Assembly: GCF_006345805.1 (NCBI RefSeq)
Contig: NW_021826836.1
Coordinates: forward strand, 1-12,025
DNA length: 12,025 bases
Origin: Octopus sinensis
Lineage: Eukaryota
Direction of reading: 5' to 3'
Part shown: in pieces, positions 1 through 8,967 of the stretch
Numbering within the stretch: position 1 is the first letter of the stretch
How the letters are laid out: every line of letters begins with the position of its first letter
The notes under the pieces: model-generated
What the model was told of the DNA's origin: nothing
Database searches by the model: none
What the model saw: only the letters and a program-made list of their open reading frames with translations
Position numbers and translations under genes: made by a program

Positions 1-11
1 CTATCTCACTC

Positions 12-400
12 AATAATAATAATAATAATAATAATAATCGTTCCTACTATAGGCACAGGACCTTAAATAGGGGCGGGGGGACTAGTCGATTACATCGACC
101 CCAGTGTTTCACCGAAAGGATGAAAGGCAAAGTTGACCCCGGAAGAATCTGAACTCAGATTGGAGCGACGGTCGAAATACCTATTTCTTTACTACCCACA
201 AGGGGCTAAACACGGAGGGGGACAAACAAGGACAGACAAACGGATTAAGTCGATTAGATCGATCCCAGTACGTAACTAGTACTTATTTGATCGGTCCTGA
301 AAGGATGAAAGGCAAAGTCGACCTCGGCGGAATTTGAACTCAGAACGTAGCGACGGGCGAGATACTGCTGAGCTCACGTGCTAATGATTCTGCCAGCTCA
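12..400 (-). mobile_element. tRNA-derived SINE, family A (dimeric form with (ATT)n tail)
   Basis: The minus strand reads GAGCTGGCAGAATCATTAG (A-box-like) ... GAGTTCAAATTCC (B box) ... CTTTGCCTTTCATCCTTTC ... GATCGATCTAATCGACT. A second unit starts at GTATTTCG (~180), and the (ATT)9 tail is at 12-38. It is homologous to 10446-10576 and 11291-11509. Confidence 0.9.
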
Positions 401-520
401 CAAGGTTTTGGTCGGACTGAGGCTGTAGTAGAAGACATCTGCTTCAGGTGCCACGCAGTGGGAATGAACTCGGAACCATGTGGTTGGTAAGCAAACTACT
501 TACCACACAGCCACGCCTGC
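397..520 (-). mobile_element. tRNA-derived CORE-type SINE, family B, 5' part only
   Basis: The minus strand reads GCAGGCGTGGCTGTGTGGTAAGTAG...GAGTTCATTCCCACTGCGTGGCACC...CCGACCAAAACCTTGTGAG, collinear with 10577-10695. Confidence 0.88.
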
Positions 521-538
521 ATCTTTAAAATCTTTAAA

Positions 539-1012
539 TAATATTTAGCGATGTATGTATAAATGTTTATTATGTGCATAACAATTTTAAATAAATTTTT
601 CCGCGAACTTATAAACAAAATCATAAGATAATGCTTTGTTCTTTCATTTGGTATGTAAAGATTCACGACATGGATTCATGAGTTAAAGTAGATTTTGTTG
701 GTCATTATGCCAACAATACACAACTGAACAGGTTCCATTTCACTTCTTTAATTCATTATTAGTAAATTTCTTAATCATTCAACCAATTAATTCATTGATT
801 GTTTGAATAATCCTTCAGTCCAATCATATAACGTTTAATAACGTATTTACTTTACGGATAAAACGCTGCAACATTGACGGTTGTGATTCTCTGCGAATAA
901 AGAATCTAAATAATGTTTACCTGTGTACTTACATTACACCGTAAATCTTTCGCTTCATTTTTCACCAAATAAGTCTTCGAATAAAACCTTCACGTAATAT
1001 TTAGCGATGTAT
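539..1012. repeat. 18-bp perfect direct repeat (TAATATTTAGCGATGTAT) at 539-556 and 995-1012
   Basis: Seen directly. The 438 bp of AT-rich sequence between the copies is unrecognised. Confidence 0.8.
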
Positions 1013-1280
1013 ATTACCCGCAAATGAAAAGACTGACTCTTCTACTAGTGACGACATATTTCCTGTGATAAGGAATTTACGTATACATGTTGGCTCACCA
1101 GGTAATTACCTTGCTATGAAATTACCAAACGATGAAATTACTGGAGAAACACTTATCGCAATGTAATTGCCCGCGAGAATTTACAGTTAAGCTTCTTGGT
1201 TCAGGATTTTGCCTCTTTTTAAACTAATGCTAATAATATATTCATTTAAAATCCAATTGTTTATAGACGTAATGGCGTGC

Positions 1281-1547
1281 ATATATCTATATAAATATAT
1301 ATATATATATATATACACATATATATGTATGTATATATAATATATACATATATATATGTATTATGTATAGATATACACATACATATATATACATATATAC
1401 ATATATACATTATATATATATATATATATATATATTGTATGTATGTTGCATGTATGTATTATAATGCAGAGATGTAAATACATATATGCAAATATACATA
1501 TATGTATATGGATATATATGTATATATATATATAATAAAACTCTGAG

Positions 1548-1582
<35 letters not shown>

Positions 1583-1764
1583 ATATATATAATATTATAT
1601 CCATATATATATATGTGTGTATACAAATATATATATTATAACACACACAATATATATATCCATATGCATATATGTATATGTGCATATATATACATTTATA
1701 TTTCTGCATATTTATAAACGTATATATGTAAGTATGCATTCAGATATATATGTATGTATGTATG

Positions 1765-1798
<34 letters not shown>

Positions 1799-1810
1799 TG
1801 TATTTATGTA
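1281..1810. repeat. compound (TA)n/(TACA)n/(TATG)n microsatellite
   Basis: Seen directly; boundaries approximate. Confidence 0.95.
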
Positions 1811-2220
1811 AGTAGTTATATTCCTACCAACACTACGTGCTTGTGCGTGAATTCATAACCAATATTGTGTGCAACCACGTTGACAAAGGCAAGTTTTAAA
1901 GAGAGCCATTGAACGCGTTAGAGATAGAGATATAGAGAGATAAAGAGATAGAGAGAATAAGAGAAAAACAAAGGAACGGAGAGACAGAGCCATGTATGGA
2001 AACAAAGACTTGAAAGAGCCACGAGGTGGATGAATAAAAAACCAAAAAGCATCGAAAGACTTATAAACACACACACACCGCACACATCACAACGCGCGCA
2101 CACGCACACACATACATGGACTTAGCGGCAATGGAGATAAAACTGAAAGTCTATATGTATGAAATCATGGGAAAATATTTTAAAAATACAATGGAAAATA
2201 TGGATGTTGCTCATGGTACA

Positions 2221-2222
2221 TG

Positions 2223-2258
<36 letters not shown>

Positions 2259-2896
2259 ACAAATGCGTCACTATACATTGTATACCAGACTATATGTGTG
2301 TGTGTGTATGTGACTGTGCTTATGTGTGTGTAAATATTATTTATATATATATATATATTATATATATGTACATATATTATATACATATATATATACATAT
2401 ATGTATATTAATATATATACCTATATATATACATATATATACATATCTACTATATATATATAAATACATATATATACATATATATATATATACATATATA
2501 TATATACATATATATATATATGTATATATATATGTACATATATATATACATATATATATACATATATATATATATACATATATATATGTTATATATATAT
2601 ATATATATTAATATATATATGTATATATATATATAACATATATTATACATATACATGTATATATTATATATATACATATATATATACATATATATATATA
2701 TACATATACATATGTATATATGTGTATATATATATGTAATATATGTGTATATATATATATGTATATATGTATCTGTATATGTATATATATATGTATATAT
2801 ATGTATATATGTTATATATATATAATTATATATATTATATATTATACTATATATTATATAAATATATATATACATATATATAATATATATATATAA

Positions 2897-2944
<48 letters not shown>

Positions 2945-2970
2945 TAGTTATTTATTTATATTTATATTAT
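2221..2970. repeat. compound (TA)n/(TG)n/(TACA)n microsatellite
   Basis: Seen directly; boundaries approximate. Confidence 0.95.
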
Positions 2971-3139
2971 ATGCCGGTTGATTAAAAATTATTCACGTTG
3001 AAACTCCTCCAAAATTCTTCATCTGTTGTCATTGTATAGCTTCCGGTGCCGTTGTTCAAGCATTTATTGTTGCTAGGCATATATTTAACTGTTTCATATT
3101 GAAATATTATCATAATCATCATGAACATCATCATCATCG

Positions 3140-3164
3140 CTCGCCTTCATTATTATTATTATTG

Positions 3165-3209
<45 letters not shown>

Positions 3210-3460
3210 TATTATTATTGTTGTTGCTATTATTATTATTATTGTTGTTGTTGTTATTGTTGTTGTTATTATTATTATTATTATTATTGTTATTGTTATT
3301 GTTATTATTATTAGTATTGTTGTTGTTATTGTTGTTATTGTTATTATTATTACTATTGTTATTGTAGTTATTATTATTATTGTTGTTGCTGTTGTTATTA
3401 TTATTATTAATATTATTATTATTATTATTATTATTATTGTTATTATTATTATTATTATTA
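3140..3460. repeat. (ATT)n/(GTT)n trinucleotide microsatellite
   Basis: Seen directly. It explains the poly-L, poly-Y and poly-I ORFs. Confidence 0.95.
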
Positions 3461-4200
3461 CTGTTAATATTGATGCTGTAGTTTTATCATTGTTTATATT
3501 ATTATCTATATTTTCTTAATAATGATATTTTTTTGGGGGGGTGAGGGTTGTTCAGGTTTAGTTTATAAATATGCATTTATTGTTTTTTAGCATTCTCATA
3601 ATTGCCGGTCATATTTCTGCCGCTTATGTGGTTGTAAAAGTTGTAATTGTAGTTATTTTTTATTTATTTTTTATTGATAATCGGCTTTGTTATTGTTGTT
3701 GTTGTGTTTAGTGTTCATTTTCTTTAATTTCTTATAATATATGTTCCTTTCTTTTTGTTTTTCTTTTTGCTCCGTATATTTTTTAGTGAAATAATATGTT
3801 ATTTAAATATAAATATAGATGGTCATTTCATTGTAGTTCATCACTATAAACCCTTACTTTCCAAAATTCTCAACACAACAAGCATCATCATCACAGCACA
3901 ACCAGCGCCACCACCAACAACAACAACAATAACAACGACAACAGCAAGAATAGCATTATTTCTAATATCATCCAAGACAATTCTACTGTTAACAACGACA
4001 TCTCCCGACACCATTCCAAAACACCACAACAAAAACTACGTAAAAAATATCAAGAACACCACACTGGACAACGTGATCTCCCACAGCCTCACCACCACAA
4101 GAGGCGTTACAACAACATTACCAATACCACTACTAATACCACCATCATACTCAGCAAAAGCAGCCAATCAAGAATTTGGACCTGGAGATCTTTATTTCCA

Positions 4201-4254
4201 GCGACTTCAAGGGCCACCTCCTAGTGGTGTCGGGCTTCAACGAAGAGCCCTTGA
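4201..4254 (+). ncRNA. candidate HDV-like ribozyme fold with short P1
   Basis: P1 CGAC 4202-05/GTCG 4229-32; P2 TCAAGGGC 4207-14/GCCCTTGA 4247-54; P3 ACC/GGT with L3 TCCTAGT; GG 4233-34 for P1.1; J4/2 CGAA 4241-44. P1 is only 4 bp. Confidence 0.35.
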
Positions 4255-4357
4255 CTACAAAAAGACGACCAAAGTTTTTTTTGTTTTCCCAAGACTGGGG
4301 TCTCCTGACCCCTAAGCCCTAGACCATCACCTAATCACCTTTACCCGTCTTGTTGCT

Positions 4358-4400
4358 TAACAACAACAACAACAACAACAACAACGACAACAGCAACAGC
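4358..4400 (+). repeat. (CAA)n microsatellite
   Basis: Seen directly, immediately upstream of SINE C. Confidence 0.9.
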
Positions 4401-4410
4401 ACCACCAAGT

Positions 4411-4605
4411 GGAGGCGCAATGGCCCAGTGGTTAGGGCAGCGGACTCGCGGTCGTAAGAATCGCGGTTTCGATTCCCAGACCGGGCATTGTGAGTGTTTA
4501 TTGAGCAAAAACACCTAAGCACCATGAGACTCCGGTGTGGGGTGGGGGTGAATCCCGCTGTATTCTTTCACCACAACTTTCTCTCACTCTTTCTTCCTAC
4601 TTCTG
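4411..4605 (+). mobile_element. tRNA-derived SINE, family C, 5' part
   Basis: tRNA-like head GGAGGCGCAATGGCCCAGTGGTTAGGGCAGCGGACTC with A box TGGCCCAGTGG (4421-31) and B-box-like GGTTTCGATTCCC (4465-77). The body resembles an octopus SINE I recall. The 3' boundary (~4605) is inferred from memory of that family. Confidence 0.8.
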
Positions 4606-4686
4606 CCACAAAGCAGAGGAACTATGGTGTAACCCACTATGGTGTGGTAAACTGTCAGACCCTAATCTAGATTGCGAATCCTCTGT
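4600..4686 (+). ncRNA. candidate degenerate CPEB3/HDV-like ribozyme
   Basis: 8-bp P2 GCAGAGGA 4613-20/TCCTCTGT 4679-86; CTGTCAGA 4652-59; TGCGAAT 4673-79. The P3/L3 region is replaced by a 10-bp direct repeat. Confidence 0.3.
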
Positions 4687-4894
4687 ACCCCAGGATGGTT
4701 CAGCTTTCCACCCGTTAACAGCCACCGTTTACGGAATGAGGATAACTACGTAGCTTTCGCGCCCGTGCAACAGCCAGTGTATCGCATGTGGTGGGTGAAT
4801 CTTCTAAGTTGCCACACGCATTCTTAGTAGCTTAGAGTAGGCTCGAATTAGAGATTAGATTATTCTTTGTGGCTAATGGCGTGAGTCCTGATTG

Positions 4895-4960
4895 GAAGAA
4901 GAAGAAGAAGAAGAAGAAGAAGAAGAAGAAGAAGAAGAAGAAGAAGAAGAAGAAGAAGAA
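4895..4960 (+). repeat. (GAA)22 perfect microsatellite, possibly a retroposon tail
   Basis: 66 nt of uninterrupted GAA. Confidence 0.95.
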
Positions 4961-5254
4961 GACAGCAACACTAAGGCCAGTTCAGAAAAAGCATCATCTT
5001 CATCATTTCTAATCGTCAACACCACTGACCCCGCCGATTCCTCCAACTTTACCACCACCACCACCACTACCAATACGAATCGAGACCAACACAATCACCA
5101 ACAATATCTTCTATATGTCGTTTATCAATATGAGCTTCACGAATCCAAACAGCGCCTACTGCCACCATCACCATAATAACCACTGTCACGCCTTCTATAA
5201 CCGAGAGCATAATCATTATCGCCACAACCATCACCTCCGCCAATATATTATCAT

Positions 5255-5255
5255 A

Positions 5256-5286
<31 letters not shown>

Positions 5287-5506
5287 TAATCATCACCATC
5301 ATCACCATCATCATCTTCATCATCATCATCATCATCACCATTATCATCATCATCCTCATCATTACTATCATCATCACCATCATCATCATCATCACCATCA
5401 TCATCACCACCATCATCATCACCACCATCATCACCACCATCATCACCATCATCATCGCCATCATTATCATCACTACCACCACCATCATCTTCATCATCAT
5501 CATCAT

Positions 5507-5568
<62 letters not shown>

Positions 5569-5670
5569 ACATCATCATCATCATCATCAACATCATCATC
5601 ATCATCATCAACATCATCATCATCATCCTCGTCGTCATCGTCATTACCATCATCATCATTATCATCAGCA
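5255..5670. repeat. (CAT)n/(CAC)n trinucleotide microsatellite
   Basis: Seen directly. It explains the poly-D, poly-M and poly-I ORFs. Confidence 0.95.
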
Positions 5671-6084
5671 TTATCAACGCATCTATAACCACTATCGACA
5701 TCGCTAATCTCACTGTACACCCACGGCTAATAGCGCCCCCATCAACATTAATGTCACCACCACCGAACCAACACCAATACCACAAATGATAATACCATCA
5801 TCTACGTTATGGCCATCACTGCCACCACCATCTACACCACAACCATTACAATACCTCTACAATTCCATCTTTCCCTACCATCACCACCACCACATCCTCA
5901 ATCCTTTGCATTCATGCTTAATGGGTTTTCTATAATATTTTATCTCTGCCCAAATCCCAAACTCTTAAAAATTTGAAACTTACCTTGCCTGGCCCCCACA
6001 TCGAACACATGACATTAAATATTGCTTAGATTGACAAACGCTCGCAGTAAAACAGACATTGGTACAAAAACACAGAAACACAGA

Positions 6085-6255
6085 CACACCACACACACAC
6101 ACACACACACACATACAAGCCCAAACAAACACACTCACATATATATAATATATAATATATATATTATATATATATATCATATAATATATATATAATATAC
6201 TGATAGATAGATAGATAGATAGATAGATACATACATACATACATACATACATACA

Positions 6256-6285
<30 letters not shown>
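6085..6285. repeat. compound (CA)n-(TA)n-(GATA)7-(CATA)n microsatellite
   Basis: GATA x7 at 6202-6229, then CATA repeats to ~6285. Confidence 0.95.
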
Positions 6286-6287
<2 letters not shown>

Positions 6288-6799
6288 AGTGCGCGCCTTA
6301 AACACATACACACAAATAAACACACTTATACGCACACACACGAGCATAAAATTAATGATTTTTTAATCTTCAAAAGTCTAGGCTGCTGTTTTCTTGCTTT
6401 CGCATCACATTCCATTATTGGAATGGAAAGAGATATGATGATGTGAAAATCTATGTAGCATCAGAGAAGTATAGAGACTCAACTACATACATCATACGCC
6501 TTTATATATACTAACACACAAAAACAGATACGGAGAGAGAGGGGGAGAAAGATAGTTAAAAGTGGTGGGTGCCCCTCATGCGACGATGAGGATTCCTTTG
6601 TTCGACTAACCGAATTACCTGTTCCCGAATGAACGTCTAAGTCATTGAAAATTCCTTAGATATATATATACCCGTAACCTAAATTTCAGCCCGATTCAAT
6701 GTGACAGGGTGCGTGCTACAAGGTTGTATCTTTTCTATTACTGTTTCAACCCACCTGATGGGCTACAGTACTGTTTGTTTTTATCCAGTTTCACCTACA

Positions 6800-6940
6800 A
6801 GTGATCGATTGAACTGAGTCTTTCGAAACTGATATTTCTCACCATGAGATCCTCCGATCATTCATCCGAACAATGTCTCGAGTCCAGTATAGACATTGCT
6901 TCTGCATAATGCGTCTTCTATTCCCAGGAGATGTTCTCCT
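6800..6940 (-). mobile_element. decayed fragment of an RTE/BovB-clade LINE ORF, C-terminal region
   Basis: The minus strand gives ...GIED / IMQKQCLYWTRDIVRMNDRRI (6910-6848) across a frameshift. This resembles the RTE C-terminal motif SIEAxLxxxQLRWxGHVVRMxDxRIPK as I recall it. Frameshifts and stops are present. Confidence 0.5.
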
Positions 6941-6974
6941 GTATTTATCCTGTATTATATAATGGAAATATATT

Positions 6975-6977
6975 ATA

Positions 6978-7029
<52 letters not shown>

Positions 7030-7148
7030 CATACATACATACACACATGCATTACATACATGTATATATATATATATATATCATATATATATAATATAGA
7101 TATATATATATATATATATATAATATATAATATATATATATATATATG
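6975..7148. repeat. (TA)n/(TACA)n microsatellite
   Basis: Seen directly. It abuts the 3' end of element D. Confidence 0.95.
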
Positions 7149-7376
7149 ATAAATATAAAGTCAATCCAAACACGAAAACACAAAGACAAAACACAACAGC
7201 GCGAGGACGTGGAACAAGTATAGTATTATTGGACGCTCAGGAAAAGAAAGAAAGAAGTGGGATTTAACGTTTCGAGCGGAGCTCTTCGTCAGAATCATAG
7301 GAAAAGGGAAGGTCCAAAGAAGGGAAGACAGAGGAAGAAAAAATCGGCAACGATACACACGCGGTCACATATTGAA
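7149..7376 (-). mobile_element. non-autonomous Penelope-like (pLTR-type) element D carrying a minimal hammerhead
   Basis: It contains a hammerhead core, shares GCTCGAAACGT and TTCCTGAGCG with element E1, and its 3' end abuts (TA)n. The PLE assignment is inferred from the known association of minimal type I hammerheads with PLE pLTRs. Confidence 0.6.
7261..7296 (-). ncRNA. minimal type I hammerhead ribozyme motif
   Basis: Minus strand: GATT CTGACGA A GAGC TCC GCTC GAAA CGTTA AATC. The core is intact, stem II is 4 bp, stem III is a very short palindrome (AACGTT), and there is one extra A after A9. Confidence 0.65.
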
Positions 7377-7648
7377 TATATATATATATATTTCAATTAC
7401 AATAATGCAGGATAAATATTTTTTAAAACTTTTATCGGTGGCCAGCATACAAAAACAAACCAATTAGGTGAAATTATATATATAATTATAATTATAAGGG
7501 AAAATCCAGAAATTAGCTAATCCAGGGTTATTTGTTTTATTAATAATTTCCGTTGGCTTGTTGCTTTGAATTCAGCACATGCGTTTGTCACTTCTTGAGT
7601 GGTGAGACGATTTAGCATCTATTTCTCAACACAGAGAGGAAATCCAGA

Positions 7649-7836
7649 CGCCATGACAGATCGTTAGCTAGTACACACATTTTTTTCTCTCCTTGTTTTT
7701 TCTGTGTACCTTTCTGTAGAAAAGCGTAGGCTCGAAACGTAAAAGACTTTTTCTATTCCTGAGCGCTATACTAATACAACTGTTTGTTTGTACACCACCT
7801 GCCTTCGTCTTTTGTTTATTTTCGTAAACTTTCCCT
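7649..7836 (+). mobile_element. non-autonomous Penelope-like element E1, related to D
   Basis: Collinear motifs with D: GCTCGAAACGT 7730-40, TTCCTGAGCG 7756-65, TAATAC, GTCTTTTGT...TTTCGT. It ends at (TA)n 7838-7860. Confidence 0.6.
7710..7745 (+). ncRNA. degenerate minimal hammerhead-like motif
   Basis: CTTT CTGTAGA A AAGC GTAG GCTC GAAA CGTA AAAG. The topology is preserved, but the core is CUGUAGA rather than CUGANGA and the base of stem II is an A.C mismatch. Confidence 0.4.
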
Positions 7837-7860
7837 TTATATATATATATATATATATAT

Positions 7861-8052
7861 GATACAAAATGGGACAAGAACGCAAAACATCCGGACAACT
7901 AGGTGATACAAAAAGGGACAACAAAATATCCAGATAGACGATACAAAAATACAGGGACGGGTCATTCGAAGCCTTTTATCCTCAGTCAAGAACCGGATCT
8001 TCCGTGCAATTTCGGCTGATTAATCTTGGAGATTGCTCCAATCTGGCCAGCC
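7861..8052 (-). mobile_element. interspersed repeat E2 with internal imperfect tandem units (GATACAAAA at 7861, 7905, 7940)
   Basis: The tandem units are seen directly and the element lies between two (TA)n tracts. It resembles an octopus repeat I recall; orientation and class are inferred. Confidence 0.5.
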
Positions 8053-8251
8053 TAGTCTTATATATATATATATAAATGTTATAATTTCTAAATCTATCTA
8101 AAGGAGAGATACAGCAGCAGTACTAGGTGGAATCTCTAAGAATGATGTAGACGCCTCAAATGAGAACCCAATAAGTTTCGAAAATCGATTAAGGATGTTC
8201 ATCATTGTGTCAGTCTGTAGAGAAATGGCTAAAATTTGCCCTATTTATATG

Positions 8252-8252
<1 letters not shown>

Positions 8253-8280
<28 letters not shown>
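8253..8280. repeat. (TG)14 microsatellite
   Basis: Seen directly. Confidence 0.95.
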
Positions 8281-8284
<4 letters not shown>

Positions 8285-8897
8285 ATGAACACATATATGT
8301 GTATGCGTGTGAAGATATATCACCGACAACTGTATTTGCCTTTAGGTCCCTGATCAGTGCTTCATTCCCTTTCGAGATAATTCGAGTGTGTGGTATTCAT
8401 AAAAAACATTAATGGCAAAATATCGGTACCTATCATTCTCATAGCATTTTAGGCGAGCACATGAGCGATCGATTAGATACATATGTCTGAATTTGGCACG
8501 TGTCAGTCTATATAAAACACATGTGGCAAATGAAATCGTTGACGATTCACGTTCATTCTTAGTGGGGTTTTTTCAATGTTGTCGGTGATTACTATACTAG
8601 ATTTATTCAATCCATATTTTCCTTCGTATGAATACCCAAACACACACACACACCTCCCCTACACACTCCCCTTCACACTTACACATTTATACACACAAAG
8701 AGAGAAAGAAAGACTGGAATTCACGTTATACTTTATCAGTCCCTACGATCGTTTCGATTCATCCTGCATAGGTCTTTCTATGGTGAGATTTTGTACAACT
8801 GGTAGTAAAGTATTACTCGGTATAGATGTACTTCATCATGTGACTTATCAAAAGGCAGACGAAAACATTTCTGAAGCAAGTTCAGTGGCACTTATTC

Positions 8898-8958
8898 AGT
8901 GGGTGTGTGGTAAGTAGCTTGCTTACAAGCCACATGGTTCCGGGTTCAATCCCACTGC
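8898..8958 (+). mobile_element. family B SINE, tRNA head only
   Basis: AGTGGGTGTGTGGTAAGTAGCTTGCTTACAAGCCACATGGTTCCGGGTTCAATCCCACTGC aligns to 10579-10639 and includes the A and B boxes. Confidence 0.88.
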
Positions 8959-8967
8959 AAAGGGAAA

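Noticed and set aside
1005-1166. 53-codon open frame with an AG acceptor at 1047-48 and CAG|GTAATT at 1101/1102
   Set aside because: The peptide is unrecognised and such signals occur by chance. It would need RNA-seq support.
1410-3519. IY-, L-, Y- and I-rich ORFs of 63-150 aa
   Set aside because: They are translations of (TA)n, (TG)n, GA-rich and (ATT)n low-complexity tracts and show no domain signal.
3755-4315. 186-aa ORF with DLYFQ (TEV-like), DYKKTTK (FLAG-like) and FPRL-G (amidated neuropeptide-like) strings
   Set aside because: The matches are partial and the N-terminal two thirds is low-complexity (ACA/ACC) DNA. There is no dibasic site after the Gly and no repeated peptide copies, so I treat it as chance.
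4150-4322. Alternative frame KQPIKNLDLEIFISSDFKGHLLVVSGFNEE, faintly like the LINE endonuclease LxxGDFN motif; also a CCAAT box (AGCCAATCA) near 4162
   Set aside because: The catalytic Asp is missing and there is no flanking endonuclease similarity. A single CCAAT box is not evidence of a promoter.
4306-4322. CCCTAA motifs here and at 4660 as a telomerase template or telomeric repeat
   Set aside because: They are single hexamers, not the ~1.5 repeats expected of a template, and there is no array.
4411-4480. tRNA-like segments (also at 8898, 10446, 10577, 11291) as true tRNA genes
   Set aside because: They lack a complete cloverleaf and acceptor stem, continue into SINE bodies, and occur as multiple diverged copies.
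4743-4790. Minus-strand CTGTTGC...GAAAGCTACGTAGTTA as a hammerhead
   Set aside because: The core is non-canonical and stems I and II cannot be formed.
5067-5789. Poly-Asp (217 aa), poly-Ile and poly-Met ORFs; the poly-Asp one superficially resembles acidic molluscan biomineralisation proteins
   Set aside because: Three frames stay open simply because (CAT)n has few stops. There is no signal peptide or splice support.
7955-7990. Minus-strand CTGAGGA...GAAT...GTC in E2 as a further hammerhead
   Set aside because: It has GAAU instead of GAAA, no convincing stem II, and no stem I pairing.
8744-8775. Minus-strand GAAACGATCGTA (palindromic stem III-like) near AGGATGA
   Set aside because: The core is AGGAUGA, and stems I and II are absent. 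At most it is an unprovable relic.
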